A stretch of DNA of 64,000 nucleotides. Origin: an uncultured Gemmatimonadales bacterium. GTDB taxonomy: Bacteria > Gemmatimonadota > Gemmatimonadetes > Longimicrobiales > Gaopeijiaceae. The stretch is from positions 224,001 to 288,000 of the forward strand of contig CAWELD010000010.1 of assembly GCA_963809895.1 (NCBI GenBank), given 5' to 3'. Numbering within the stretch: position 1 is the stretch's first letter; every line of letters starts with the position of its first letter. Below, piece after piece: positions 9,703 to 18,333 of this stretch. Both the position numbers and the translations under genes were made by a program. The notes beneath the pieces were generated by a model. That model searched no databases, had not been told where the DNA came from, and was given only the letters and a program-made list of their open reading frames with translations.

Positions 9703-10182
9703 ATGTCCGCGGACCCAGCTCACTTCAGGAAGGTGATGGGACACTTCGCCACCGGGGTGGCCGTGGTGACCTCCCGCACGTCGGAGGGCGACCCCTGCGG
9801 GGCCACGGCCAACGCGGTGGCGTCGGTGTCACTGGAGCCGCCCCTGGTGTTGGTGTGTCTCGCTACGTCGTCCGTGACCCACGGGTGCGTGCTGGAGAAC
9901 GGGGTGTTCGCCATCAACGTGCTGGACGCAGGCGCGGGAGCGCTGGCTCGGCGTTTCAGCCGAGGCCGGCGTGCCACCCGCTTCGAGGGTCTCGAGCTCG
10001 ACGAACAGGCCTCGGGCAGCCCGGTGCTGGCCGATGCCCTCGCCTGGTTGGACTGCCGCATCGAGGCCATTCATCCCGCGGGTGACCACGCCATCGTCGT
10101 GGGCCGGGTGCTCGCTTGCGATGCCCGGGCCGGTGACCCGCTGGTCTTCTTCCGCAGTGGTTTCCGCGAGGTGGCGCCCTGA
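9703..10182 (+). CDS. Flavin reductase family protein (HpaC/RutF-like)
   Basis: FRKVMGHFATGVAVVT, SVSLEPPLVLVC, FAINVL, AGDHAIVVGRV. Confidence 0.92.
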   Translation: MSADPAHFRKVMGHFATGVAVVTSRTSEGDPCGATANAVASVSLEPPLVLVCLATSSVTHGCVLENGVFAINVLDAGAGALARRFSRGRRATRFEGLELDEQASGSPVLADALAWLDCRIEAIHPAGDHAIVVGRVLACDARAGDPLVFFRSGFREVAP

Positions 10183-10778
10183 GACCCGGCGCGCGTCTGG
10201 CCGGCGTTCCGGCCTTCGCACTCGGCCTCGTGGCCGCGCTGGTGGCCGAGCTCGCCGCGGGGCTGCTCCTCTTCGCCGCCGACGGGTTCCTGCAGGCGCT
10301 CACGCTGGTGCTGGCGGTGGGTCTGGGATCGTTGGGATTGGGGCTGTTGACGGCTCCGTCGGGGCCGTCGCTTCCGGAGATCGCCCGATCCCTTCGCAGG
10401 CGCTGGTTCCTGGTGCTCGCGGCCCTCGGCGTCGCCGGCGGGCTCTCGGTGGTCTGGTCTCTCGGCGCGGGCCTGCAGCAGACGCCACCGGCTCGTGGGT
10501 TGGCACTGGCGTTCCTGGAGGCCTTCCCCCTGTACGCCGTCGGCACCGTGCTGGGCGCCGTGCAGGCGCTTCACCCGGGCTCGCGGAGCGGCGCCATGGC
10601 GGCGCTGGGCGGGGCGTTGGGCGTGGTCCTGGAAGGGAGCGTGCTGCTGGTGCGCTTCGAGCCCGTCTCCATCTACCTCCTCTGCATCGTCCTCCTGTCG
10701 GGCTCCGCGCTCGTGCACGGTCGGGCTGTGTTGGCGCTGGTCGCACCACCCCCCCAGAACCCGGAGGGGCCGCCATGA
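10179..10778 (+). CDS. Multi-pass membrane protein (probable CTG start; first canonical start at 10230)
   Basis: About six hydrophobic segments. Stop overlaps the next ATG (ATGA, 10775-10778). Confidence 0.65.
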   Translation: MRPGARLAGVPAFALGLVAALVAELAAGLLLFAADGFLQALTLVLAVGLGSLGLGLLTAPSGPSLPEIARSLRRRWFLVLAALGVAGGLSVVWSLGAGLQQTPPARGLALAFLEAFPLYAVGTVLGAVQALHPGSRSGAMAALGGALGVVLEGSVLLVRFEPVSIYLLCIVLLSGSALVHGRAVLALVAPPPQNPEGPP

Positions 10779-11842
10779 AGTTGGCTCATCTCTCCGACCT
10801 CCACCTCGGCCACCGGGCCTTCGACCGTACCCAGGGTGGGCAGAATCTCCGGGAGCTCGACGTGGCGGCGGCCTTTCAGCGGGCGGTGCAGGAGGTGATC
10901 CTTCAGGCGCCCGACGTCATCGTGGTCGCCGGCGACGTCTTCGATCGTCCCGCGCCTCCGCCCGGCGCCCTGGTGACGCTGACCCGGGGCCTCGAACAGC
11001 TCCGTAGCGCGCTGCCCGAGACCCCGGTCCTGATGGCAGGCGGCGCCCGCGACGTTCCGCGGCGCTCGGGAGACCCGGGCGCGCTGGCGGCCATGGACGC
11101 CTTCCCCCATGTGGAGGCCGCCACCTCCACGGCGCGCAGCGTCCTGTTCCGGGAGCGGTCGCTCCACGTCCAGCTTCTGCCGCACCGGGCCGTGCTGCGC
11201 GGGCCGGTGCCGGTCATGGAGCCGGATCCCCGGGCACGCTGGAACGTCCTGGTGGCTCACGGCCGGTTGGCGGGACCGGGGGACCCCCCCGACCTGGGCC
11301 TGCCGCTGGAGCTGGACGGTTGGGACTACGTGGCGCTGGGCTCCCGCCACACGCATCAGGTGGTGCGGCCCGGAGTCGTCTACGCTGGCGCCCTGGAGCG
11401 GGTGGGGCCGACGCCCTGGAAGGAGGCCGGCGAGGAGAAGGGCTTCGTGACGGTGGATCTGGACACGGGCGGCGTCCGCTTCCATCCGGTGCGCGGGCGG
11501 CCCGTGGTGGCGCTGGCGCCCACCCGCGTGCCCGCCGGCGACGCCCGGGCGCTCCGGGAGCGGGTGGCCGAGGTGGTACGCGAGGTTCCCGGTGGCATCG
11601 ACGGCAAGATCGTCCGAATCCGCCTGCGTGGCCCGGCGCCGGCGGACCTGACCGCGCTCCAGGGCGCCTTTCTCACGGGCCTCGCGGCCCGCGCCCTCCA
11701 TCTGTCGGTGGAGGTCGAGGCGGAAGGCGGTGGACGCGGGCCGGCGCGCGAGCTTCCCGATCGGGTCGCGGAGCACCTCGCCGATGACGCGCCGCCGGCG
11801 GTGGGCGCCCTGGTGGACCGGGTCCTGCAGGCCGGCGCATGA
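10775..11842 (+). CDS. SbcD/Mre11-like metallophosphoesterase with degenerate motifs III and V
   Basis: HLSDLHLG, AGDVFD and VAHG are intact. GNHD is replaced by GGARD and GHxH by GSRH. YAGALER and EEKGFV match the SbcD C-terminal core. Confidence 0.85.
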   Translation: MKLAHLSDLHLGHRAFDRTQGGQNLRELDVAAAFQRAVQEVILQAPDVIVVAGDVFDRPAPPPGALVTLTRGLEQLRSALPETPVLMAGGARDVPRRSGDPGALAAMDAFPHVEAATSTARSVLFRERSLHVQLLPHRAVLRGPVPVMEPDPRARWNVLVAHGRLAGPGDPPDLGLPLELDGWDYVALGSRHTHQVVRPGVVYAGALERVGPTPWKEAGEEKGFVTVDLDTGGVRFHPVRGRPVVALAPTRVPAGDARALRERVAEVVREVPGGIDGKIVRIRLRGPAPADLTALQGAFLTGLAARALHLSVEVEAEGGGRGPARELPDRVAEHLADDAPPAVGALVDRVLQAGA

Positions 11843-13338
11843 GGATCGGGGCGCTCAGGACCCATTCCCTGCCGGGGGTCGGCGCGGCCGAGGTCGAGCT
11901 GCCCGGAGGGCTGGTGGCGGTGGTGGCCCCCGACGGGCGTATCCGACGCGCGCTCGCCCGCATACTGGAAGGCGAGGCTTCGGGCGCGGCCTCCGACGTG
12001 CTGCTCTTTCCTCGCGTACCGGATCCGGTGCTGGCGCGCCTTCCCGAGGGGCTGCTGCACCGGCTGCGGACTGGAAGCGGACTGGCCGACGCCGATCAGG
12101 TCCTGGAGGTGGCTGCGCGGGCGTTGGCGTGGGCGGCGGGCCTGGACCGGGTCGAGGCCGCGCGGGTGAGGCTGGCGCAGTTGAGGGGGAATCCCGAAGA
12201 GTCCGGCGGGCCCACGGCGGAAGCGCTTCTGGCGCGCATCCGTGAGCTCGAAGGGGCGCCGGCCGAGCTGCACGGTCTGGAAGAGGAGCTCCGGGAGCTC
12301 AGGGGCGACGACGTGGAGGTGTCGGGTGACCTGGAGCAGGCGACCATGGAATGGTTGCGCGAGCGCCAGGACGCCGAGACCCAGCTCCAGACCTATCGCG
12401 ATCGCGCCCGTGAGCTGCGGAGCCGCCTGGGGGAGCTCGCCGACGCCGGAGCCGACGCCGATTGCCCCATCTGCGGGCGCCCCCTCCGGGATCACCTGCC
12501 CAGGGTCAAGGAGACGTTGGAGGAGGAGTGGGAGGCCGTGGTCCAGGATGGAAGCTGGTGGCGACGCCGGCGGGAGCAACTGGATCTCAAGCCGGACCGT
12601 CTGCAGGAGCTCGAGCGCAAGGCGCTGCGCGTGCACGCGGCGACCGAAGAGCTCGGCGAGCGCGTGGACAGGCTGCGCGACCGGGTCCGGGAGCTGGACG
12701 ATCTCAGGGTGCGCCTGGCGTCGTTGGCTCCGGACGACGGCAGCGCCGATCCCAGAGGCATCGTGCCGCGCACCGTGTGGGAGGCGGCCGACCGGGCGCT
12801 GGCGGGCACCGCGCGTGAGCTGAAGGCCGAGGCCCGGGCTCGGCTCCTGGACCGCGCATCCGGATTCCTCGGACGAATCACCGCGGGGCGCGTCCTGGGC
12901 ATGGGATGGGCCCCGCCGGGGCATCTCACGCTGGAGGGGATGGACGCCCCCCTGTATCCTCCGTCGGAAGAGGAAGCGGCGGCGGCTACGGTCGCGGCGC
13001 GCCTGGCGGCCGTGGAGCTCGTCTGGGAAGACGCCGGAGCCAAAGGCGCCGGGCTGCTCCTGGGCGACGGCTTCGATCGCCTGGACGAAGCGGCCCGTGT
13101 GCGAGCCGTGGACCTCCTGCGCCAACGTGCCCGCCGCGGCTTCGCGCAGATCGTCGTCGTGACGCGCGGCGAGGTGGTAGACCTCTTTCCAGAGGGCTTC
13201 GACGCAGTGGTGGAGCTCCGGGGTGACGGGTCCGGCGCCGCCTCGGTCCCGGCGGGCACGGGTGTGCTGAGGCTGGTCCCCACTCAGGCCGGTCCCTCGT
13301 CCGGTAGCGCCGCCACGGCCGTGACCTCGAGCAGGTAG
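11839..13338 (+). CDS. SbcC/Rad50-like coiled-coil protein with zinc hook and degenerate ATPase motifs
   Basis: Central CPICG between coiled coils. Head-domain remnants GLVAVVAPDG, PSEEE..A..AARLA, LLLGDGFDRLDE, QIVVVTR. ATGA-coupled to the SbcD-like gene. Confidence 0.8.
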   Translation: MRIGALRTHSLPGVGAAEVELPGGLVAVVAPDGRIRRALARILEGEASGAASDVLLFPRVPDPVLARLPEGLLHRLRTGSGLADADQVLEVAARALAWAAGLDRVEAARVRLAQLRGNPEESGGPTAEALLARIRELEGAPAELHGLEEELRELRGDDVEVSGDLEQATMEWLRERQDAETQLQTYRDRARELRSRLGELADAGADADCPICGRPLRDHLPRVKETLEEEWEAVVQDGSWWRRRREQLDLKPDRLQELERKALRVHAATEELGERVDRLRDRVRELDDLRVRLASLAPDDGSADPRGIVPRTVWEAADRALAGTARELKAEARARLLDRASGFLGRITAGRVLGMGWAPPGHLTLEGMDAPLYPPSEEEAAAATVAARLAAVELVWEDAGAKGAGLLLGDGFDRLDEAARVRAVDLLRQRARRGFAQIVVVTRGEVVDLFPEGFDAVVELRGDGSGAASVPAGTGVLRLVPTQAGPSSGSAATAVTSSR

Positions 13339-13676
13339 CCACGCTTCAGCTCACCGCACGGGATCACCGCTCGGGCGGGGCGATGCTCGCCGAGCATCTC
13401 TCCGTAGATGCGGTTCACCTCCGGCCACAGCTCCAGGTCCGCGACGAAGATCGTCACCTGCAGAAGGTGGGACAGGTCGGTACCCGCGGCCTTCAGGACG
13501 GCCTCCACGTTGTGGAGTGCTCGCCGGATTTGACTGTCCGCGTCCGCCACGGGTGCGTCCGGCGCCACCGGATTGATGGGAAGCTGGCCGGCCACGTACA
13601 CCAGGCCACCGTGCACCATGGCCTGGCTGTAGTGCCCGGCGGGTCGGGGCGCTTCGGAAGTTTGAACGATTCGCAT
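13284..13676 (-). CDS. RidA/YjgF family enamine/imine deaminase
   Basis: PAGHYSQA, VYVAGQLP, VNRIY, RPARAVI, LLEVTAVA. Confidence 0.92.
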   Translation of the reverse strand: MRIVQTSEAPRPAGHYSQAMVHGGLVYVAGQLPINPVAPDAPVADADSQIRRALHNVEAVLKAAGTDLSHLLQVTIFVADLELWPEVNRIYGEMLGEHRPARAVIPCGELKRGYLLEVTAVAALPDEGPA

Positions 13677-13679
13677 GGC

Positions 13680-14852
13680 TCATTGGGCTTGATAACGTGC
13701 GTGCTCCCGAGCCGGCGGCGCCTCGGGCCGCCAGCGGAAGCGCTCCAGGCGTGGGTTCTCCACGCCCTCGACGGCGTCGGCGACCAGGCCACCCAGGAGG
13801 GGCGCGAACTTGAAGCCGTGCCCGCTCCCGCCCGACGCCACCACCAGCGCCGGGCGATGGGGGTCCCGGGCGATCCAGAAGTCGCCGTCCGTACTGTCGC
13901 AATAATGACAGGCGCGCGTTCCTGCCAGGGGAGCGTCGGCGAGGCGGGGGATGGCGTCACGAAGGAACCGGCGCCCGCGGGCCTCCCATTCCGCCGGGAC
14001 GGGGCCGGGGTGCTCGGGCCGCCCCGGCCAGCCGCGTCCGTGGTGGCCGATCTTGACGATGCCGTCTTCTCCTGCCGGGAAGCCGTACCAGCCGGTGCCG
14101 GTGATGTCGGCGCTCCAGACCGGCAGCCGAGGCGGTCGCAGCTCGTCGGCCGACCCGGGTCGTAGAAGCAGGACGGGCAGAGCCACCGGCCGGAGCGCGC
14201 CGGCCAGAGCGGGCACGAGCTGCGGTGTCCAGGCGCCCGCGGCCACCACGATGGCCTCGGCCTGCACGAACCCTCCGCCACGGAGCTGGACGCCCGCCCC
14301 GTCGACCGTGTCCGCCACGATCGTCTCGGCCCGGCCCTTCCGGATGTCGACACCTTCGGCGCGCGCCGCGGCGGCCAACTCCGACACCGCCTGCCCGCTC
14401 TCCACCCAACCGGCGTGGAGGCTGAGATATCCGTCCACGAACGCGTCTGCGTTCCAGGCCGGATGCTCGCGCCGGATGGCGGCCCGGTCCAGCCTGCGCA
14501 CCGGGTGTCCGAGCCCCGCCACCGCCTGCATGCTCTCGTACTCGAATCCTCCGGCCGCCAGCGGGCCGCGGCTCAGGAGCAGAAAGCCCACCTCGTGAAA
14601 GAGGGGCCGGGTGAACAGGTCCTGGTTCCAACAGCGCCAGCCGTCCAGCGCTTCCTCTGCGAGCCGGGTGAGAAAGAGGTCGCTGCCGTAGTCCATGCGC
14701 ACGATCTTGGAGCGGTCGGTGGACGAGGCCTCGGGGCGAGGAATGGGACCGGGCTCGACCAGGGTGACGGCCCACCGGCGCCGGGCCAGCTCCCGGGCGG
14801 TGGTGACGCCGAAGACTCCGCAGCCGATCACCAGGGCGCGCCTGGTAGGCAT
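13680..14852 (-). CDS. FAD-dependent amine oxidase (sarcosine / fructosyl-amine / pipecolate oxidase family)
   Basis: VIGCGVFG, SSTDRSKIVRMDYG, VAAGAW, flavinylation-type Cys in ACHYCDSTDGDFWI, GGSGHGFKFAP. Confidence 0.85.
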   Translation of the reverse strand: MPTRRALVIGCGVFGVTTARELARRRWAVTLVEPGPIPRPEASSTDRSKIVRMDYGSDLFLTRLAEEALDGWRCWNQDLFTRPLFHEVGFLLLSRGPLAAGGFEYESMQAVAGLGHPVRRLDRAAIRREHPAWNADAFVDGYLSLHAGWVESGQAVSELAAAARAEGVDIRKGRAETIVADTVDGAGVQLRGGGFVQAEAIVVAAGAWTPQLVPALAGALRPVALPVLLLRPGSADELRPPRLPVWSADITGTGWYGFPAGEDGIVKIGHHGRGWPGRPEHPGPVPAEWEARGRRFLRDAIPRLADAPLAGTRACHYCDSTDGDFWIARDPHRPALVVASGGSGHGFKFAPLLGGLVADAVEGVENPRLERFRWRPEAPPAREHARYQAQ

Positions 14853-14926
14853 GACGTCCTGCCGGGAGTGGGGAAAGTGGGTAGCTTGACGTGCGATGGC
14901 GCAGTCTGACACACGGGAGGTGAGCC

Positions 14927-15892
14927 ATGCAACTCCGGGTCCTGTCGCGCGACGATCTCCACGGACTCCTGGACATGCCCTCGGCCATCGCGGCCATGCG
15001 CTCCGCCTTCGAGCAGCTCTCCGACGGCCGGGCGCAGATTCCGGTGCGGGCCGCCGTGGAGGGGCCGGTCGCGACCCTGCTGGCCATGCCGGGTCGCCTC
15101 GAGGTGCCCCAGGCGCTGGGGGCCAAGCTCGTGGCCGTGGCGCCCCACAATCGGCGCGAGGGTCTGCCGGCGATCCACGCCGCCGTCGTCCTTCTCGACG
15201 CCCTGTCGGGCGTGCCCCGAGCAGTGATGGAAGGATCCTGGCTCACCGCGCTTCGCACAGGCGCGGCCTCGGGGCTGGCCACGGAGCTGCTGGCGAGGCG
15301 GGATGCCCGTGTGCTGGCGGTGGTGGGAGCCGGTGCTCAGGCCCGGTTCCAGGTGGACGCCGTGCGGGCGGTCCGCAGCGTGGAAGAGGTGCGGATCCAT
15401 TCGCGCGGCGGTCGCTCCGCCCGGGCCCTGGCGTCGGAGCTTCATGACGTGAGGGTGGAGGTGGCCGAGACCGCCGACGACGCGGTGCGTGGCGCGGACG
15501 TGGTGGTGACCGTCACCGACAGTAGGGCGCCGGTCGTGTCGAACGATGCCGTGACGCCCGGTACACACCTGAACGCGGTGGGCGGCTACCGGAGGGACAT
15601 GCAGGAGCTGCCGACGTCGCTGATGGCCCGGGCCCGGGTGGTGGTGGATCAGGTGGCGGCGGCCCTGGCCGAGGCCGGCGATGTGGTGATCCCCCTGGAG
15701 GCAGGCGTCCTCGACACGGCCGAGCTCGTGGAGCTGGGGGCCGTGGCGGCGGGGGCGGCGCCCGGCCGTCGCCACGTCGACGAGATCACGGTCTTCAAGT
15801 CGGTGGGGAGTGCTGCTCAGGATCTGGCCGTGGCCGCCCTCGCGCTCGAGCGCGCGACCACGGCCGGCGTAGGCACGCTGGTGGAGCTCTGA
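14927..15892 (+). CDS. Ornithine cyclodeaminase / mu-crystallin family protein
   Basis: GAKLV, LTALRTGAASGLA, GAGAQA, HLNAVG, ITVFKSVG.A.QD. Confidence 0.92.
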   Translation: MQLRVLSRDDLHGLLDMPSAIAAMRSAFEQLSDGRAQIPVRAAVEGPVATLLAMPGRLEVPQALGAKLVAVAPHNRREGLPAIHAAVVLLDALSGVPRAVMEGSWLTALRTGAASGLATELLARRDARVLAVVGAGAQARFQVDAVRAVRSVEEVRIHSRGGRSARALASELHDVRVEVAETADDAVRGADVVVTVTDSRAPVVSNDAVTPGTHLNAVGGYRRDMQELPTSLMARARVVVDQVAAALAEAGDVVIPLEAGVLDTAELVELGAVAAGAAPGRRHVDEITVFKSVGSAAQDLAVAALALERATTAGVGTLVEL

Positions 15893-15908
15893 GCCGGGTC
15901 GGTCGGGC

Positions 15909-18221
15909 TCAGTTCCCCAGGGTCGACCAGGCTTCGCCCTCGGCGCGGTACCGATCCATGGCGGTGGTATCGCCGCGCGCGTACTCGCCCTGGGCCAGGG
16001 CGTAGTAGGCCCAGGCGTAGTAGTTGGGGATGCCCAGGGTGGCCACGTCGGGCCAGTGGTCCCAGTCGGGAATCCCGCCGCGGTGCATGAACACCGAATC
16101 CACCAGGACCTGGGTGCGCGGCAGGTCCAGCCAGTTTCCCGTCACCTGGTTCAACGGTGACCCCTCCGGCATCTGCACCACGCCCACCTCGGTGGAGTCG
16201 GGCAGTGGATGCGGATTCAGCTTGAAGGCGAGGCCCTGGCGCACCAGGTAGTCGTCCAGCCCCAGCGAGGTGGCCGCGTTCCCGCTGCTGGCGAAGTGGA
16301 TCGGACGCTGGCCCATGGAGTTGTTCAGAATCGCCAGCGCGTATTGCTGCCACGGGTACAGGACCGTGCCCTGGGGCAGGGTGGCGCGCACGTCGCCGAA
16401 CGCGAAGGTGCGCGCCCGGTCCAGCGGCACGTAGCTCTGCGCCACCTGATCGATGGTCGCGTCGTCCAGCGGCAGGATGGAGGTGGTGGGAGCCTGCACC
16501 GGTCGGGGCAACACGAGGGCCGCCTTGCCCTCCGCCGCGGCTGCGGCGGGGTCGTCGGTGTAGACGGCGTTGGTGTTGTCCGCCTGGTAGCTACGCTGGC
16601 AGAGGATGCGCGTGGGATCGTCCCGCCACGATACGCCGGTGGGGCACGGGGTGGTCAGATCGCGCAGCTGCTTGGCGTACCACCCGGTGTTCAGGTAGGA
16701 GGTGACGATGACGGTCACGTCTCGCCGGATGCCCTCCACCTCCTGCAGGTACCAGAGCGGGAAGGTGTCGTTGTCTCCGTTGGTGAACAGGACGCCGTAC
16801 GGCTCCACGCTCATGAGGAGATTGTAGGCCCAGTCGCGTGCTGCGTAGTTGCCCGCCCGACTGGCCCAGGTCCAGTTGAGCCCCAGCGGGAGCAGGGCCA
16901 GCATCAGCACGGGCGCCCCCCGCGCCAGGCCACCCAAGCGCTCCGTGAGCGTCTGCCAGATCGCCACGAGGCCCATGCCGGCCCACAGCCCGAAGACCGA
17001 AAAGCTCGCCACGAAGAAGTAGTCCCGTTCGCGCACCTCGTGGAGATCGAAGTTGTTCTGCGGGTCCGGGATCGTGTACCCGTAGCGGAAGTTCAGATAG
17101 TAGATGAGCCCCACCGACAGCGTGCCGAAGAGCACGAAGGTGTACCAGAAGCTGGCCCGGTCGCGACGCTGGTGCTCCATGGCTCCCCAGACCCCGAGTC
17201 CGGTGAAGAGCATGGTGAAGAGGATGCGTAGCGGCGGGAAGAGCGAATCCTCGCCGGACACCGACCGGGACCACTGCCAGTCGAAGTACTGCAGGTAGTT
17301 CAGGAGCTGCGAGGCCAACGGGGCCTGCCGGGGCTGGAGCGGAGGCTTGTCGTACTGCTCGCGCTTGAGCGCCGCGTTGAGTGGCTCGCACCCGGCGTTG
17401 CCGTAGGTGGCGATGCTGGTGAGGGCGCTGCCCATGCTCTGGCATTCGGGCGCCGCCTCGTTGATGACCGGATCGAGCTCGGCGCGGATCGGCAGGACCA
17501 GGTGGATGGAGAGACCCACCAGCACCGCGACGATGGCCGGGGGATAGAGCCGCCAGTTGAGCAGAGCCTTCGGGTGGACCAGGAGCACGAACACGCCCAT
17601 GGCCGGGGCCGCCAGGAAGGCCATGAGGTGGTTGCCCACGCTCAGCGCCAGGATGAAGACCATGAGGACGAGGAGGTTGTCGTCCTTGCCCTTGCCCAGG
17701 TTCTCCTGCCACCGGATGACGAGCCAGCTCAGGAGGGCGATGGTGAGCAGCGAGACCGTGTAGACCTTCTCGTTGACGTTGGACTGGTTCCACACGGTGA
17801 AGGCCGTGGCGCTGACCAGGACCGCGGCGGCGGCACCCACGAGCCGGAAAACACGGCTGGTCGAGAAGTGCCTCAGCACGTGGTGGATGACCAGGAACCA
17901 GAAGGCGTGCGCCCCCGCGCTCATGAAGGCGCTGAACAGGTTGATCCGCACCGCCGGGGACAGCCCCGTGGGAGCCAGCAGCACGGACCAGGCTCGCGCC
18001 AGGACCACGAACAGCGGGTTTCCGGGGGGATGGGGGATGCCCAGGATGTAGCCGGTGGCGATGTACTCGCTGGTGTCCCAGAACGCCGTCGTGGGGGACA
18101 GCGTCACGGCGTAGAGCATGAACACGGCCAATCCTGCGACGGCGGCCCAGCCGTAGGGGGGAGGTGGGCTCGCGCCGGCCTCTGGCGCCACCGTGCTGGT
18201 CTGATCCGTCGCCGTGCTCAC
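15909..18221 (-). CDS. DUF2723 / TMEM260-like membrane glycosyltransferase (GT-C)
   Basis: FWDTSEYIA...LGIPHPPGNPLF, VRERDYFF, LFTNGDNDTFPLWYLQEVEG, multiple TM helices. Confidence 0.85.
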   Translation of the reverse strand: MSTATDQTSTVAPEAGASPPPPYGWAAVAGLAVFMLYAVTLSPTTAFWDTSEYIATGYILGIPHPPGNPLFVVLARAWSVLLAPTGLSPAVRINLFSAFMSAGAHAFWFLVIHHVLRHFSTSRVFRLVGAAAAVLVSATAFTVWNQSNVNEKVYTVSLLTIALLSWLVIRWQENLGKGKDDNLLVLMVFILALSVGNHLMAFLAAPAMGVFVLLVHPKALLNWRLYPPAIVAVLVGLSIHLVLPIRAELDPVINEAAPECQSMGSALTSIATYGNAGCEPLNAALKREQYDKPPLQPRQAPLASQLLNYLQYFDWQWSRSVSGEDSLFPPLRILFTMLFTGLGVWGAMEHQRRDRASFWYTFVLFGTLSVGLIYYLNFRYGYTIPDPQNNFDLHEVRERDYFFVASFSVFGLWAGMGLVAIWQTLTERLGGLARGAPVLMLALLPLGLNWTWASRAGNYAARDWAYNLLMSVEPYGVLFTNGDNDTFPLWYLQEVEGIRRDVTVIVTSYLNTGWYAKQLRDLTTPCPTGVSWRDDPTRILCQRSYQADNTNAVYTDDPAAAAAEGKAALVLPRPVQAPTTSILPLDDATIDQVAQSYVPLDRARTFAFGDVRATLPQGTVLYPWQQYALAILNNSMGQRPIHFASSGNAATSLGLDDYLVRQGLAFKLNPHPLPDSTEVGVVQMPEGSPLNQVTGNWLDLPRTQVLVDSVFMHRGGIPDWDHWPDVATLGIPNYYAWAYYALAQGEYARGDTTAMDRYRAEGEAWSTLGN

Positions 18222-18333
18222 CGCGCGTGGTCCCAAGCCTGTAGAGACGTAGTGGAAGCCGCGCCCTCGGGGGCGCGGAGCCGCGAAGCGGAAAGATAGC
18301 CTGCCACCGTTCGCAGCCGAAGAAGCGGGGCAC

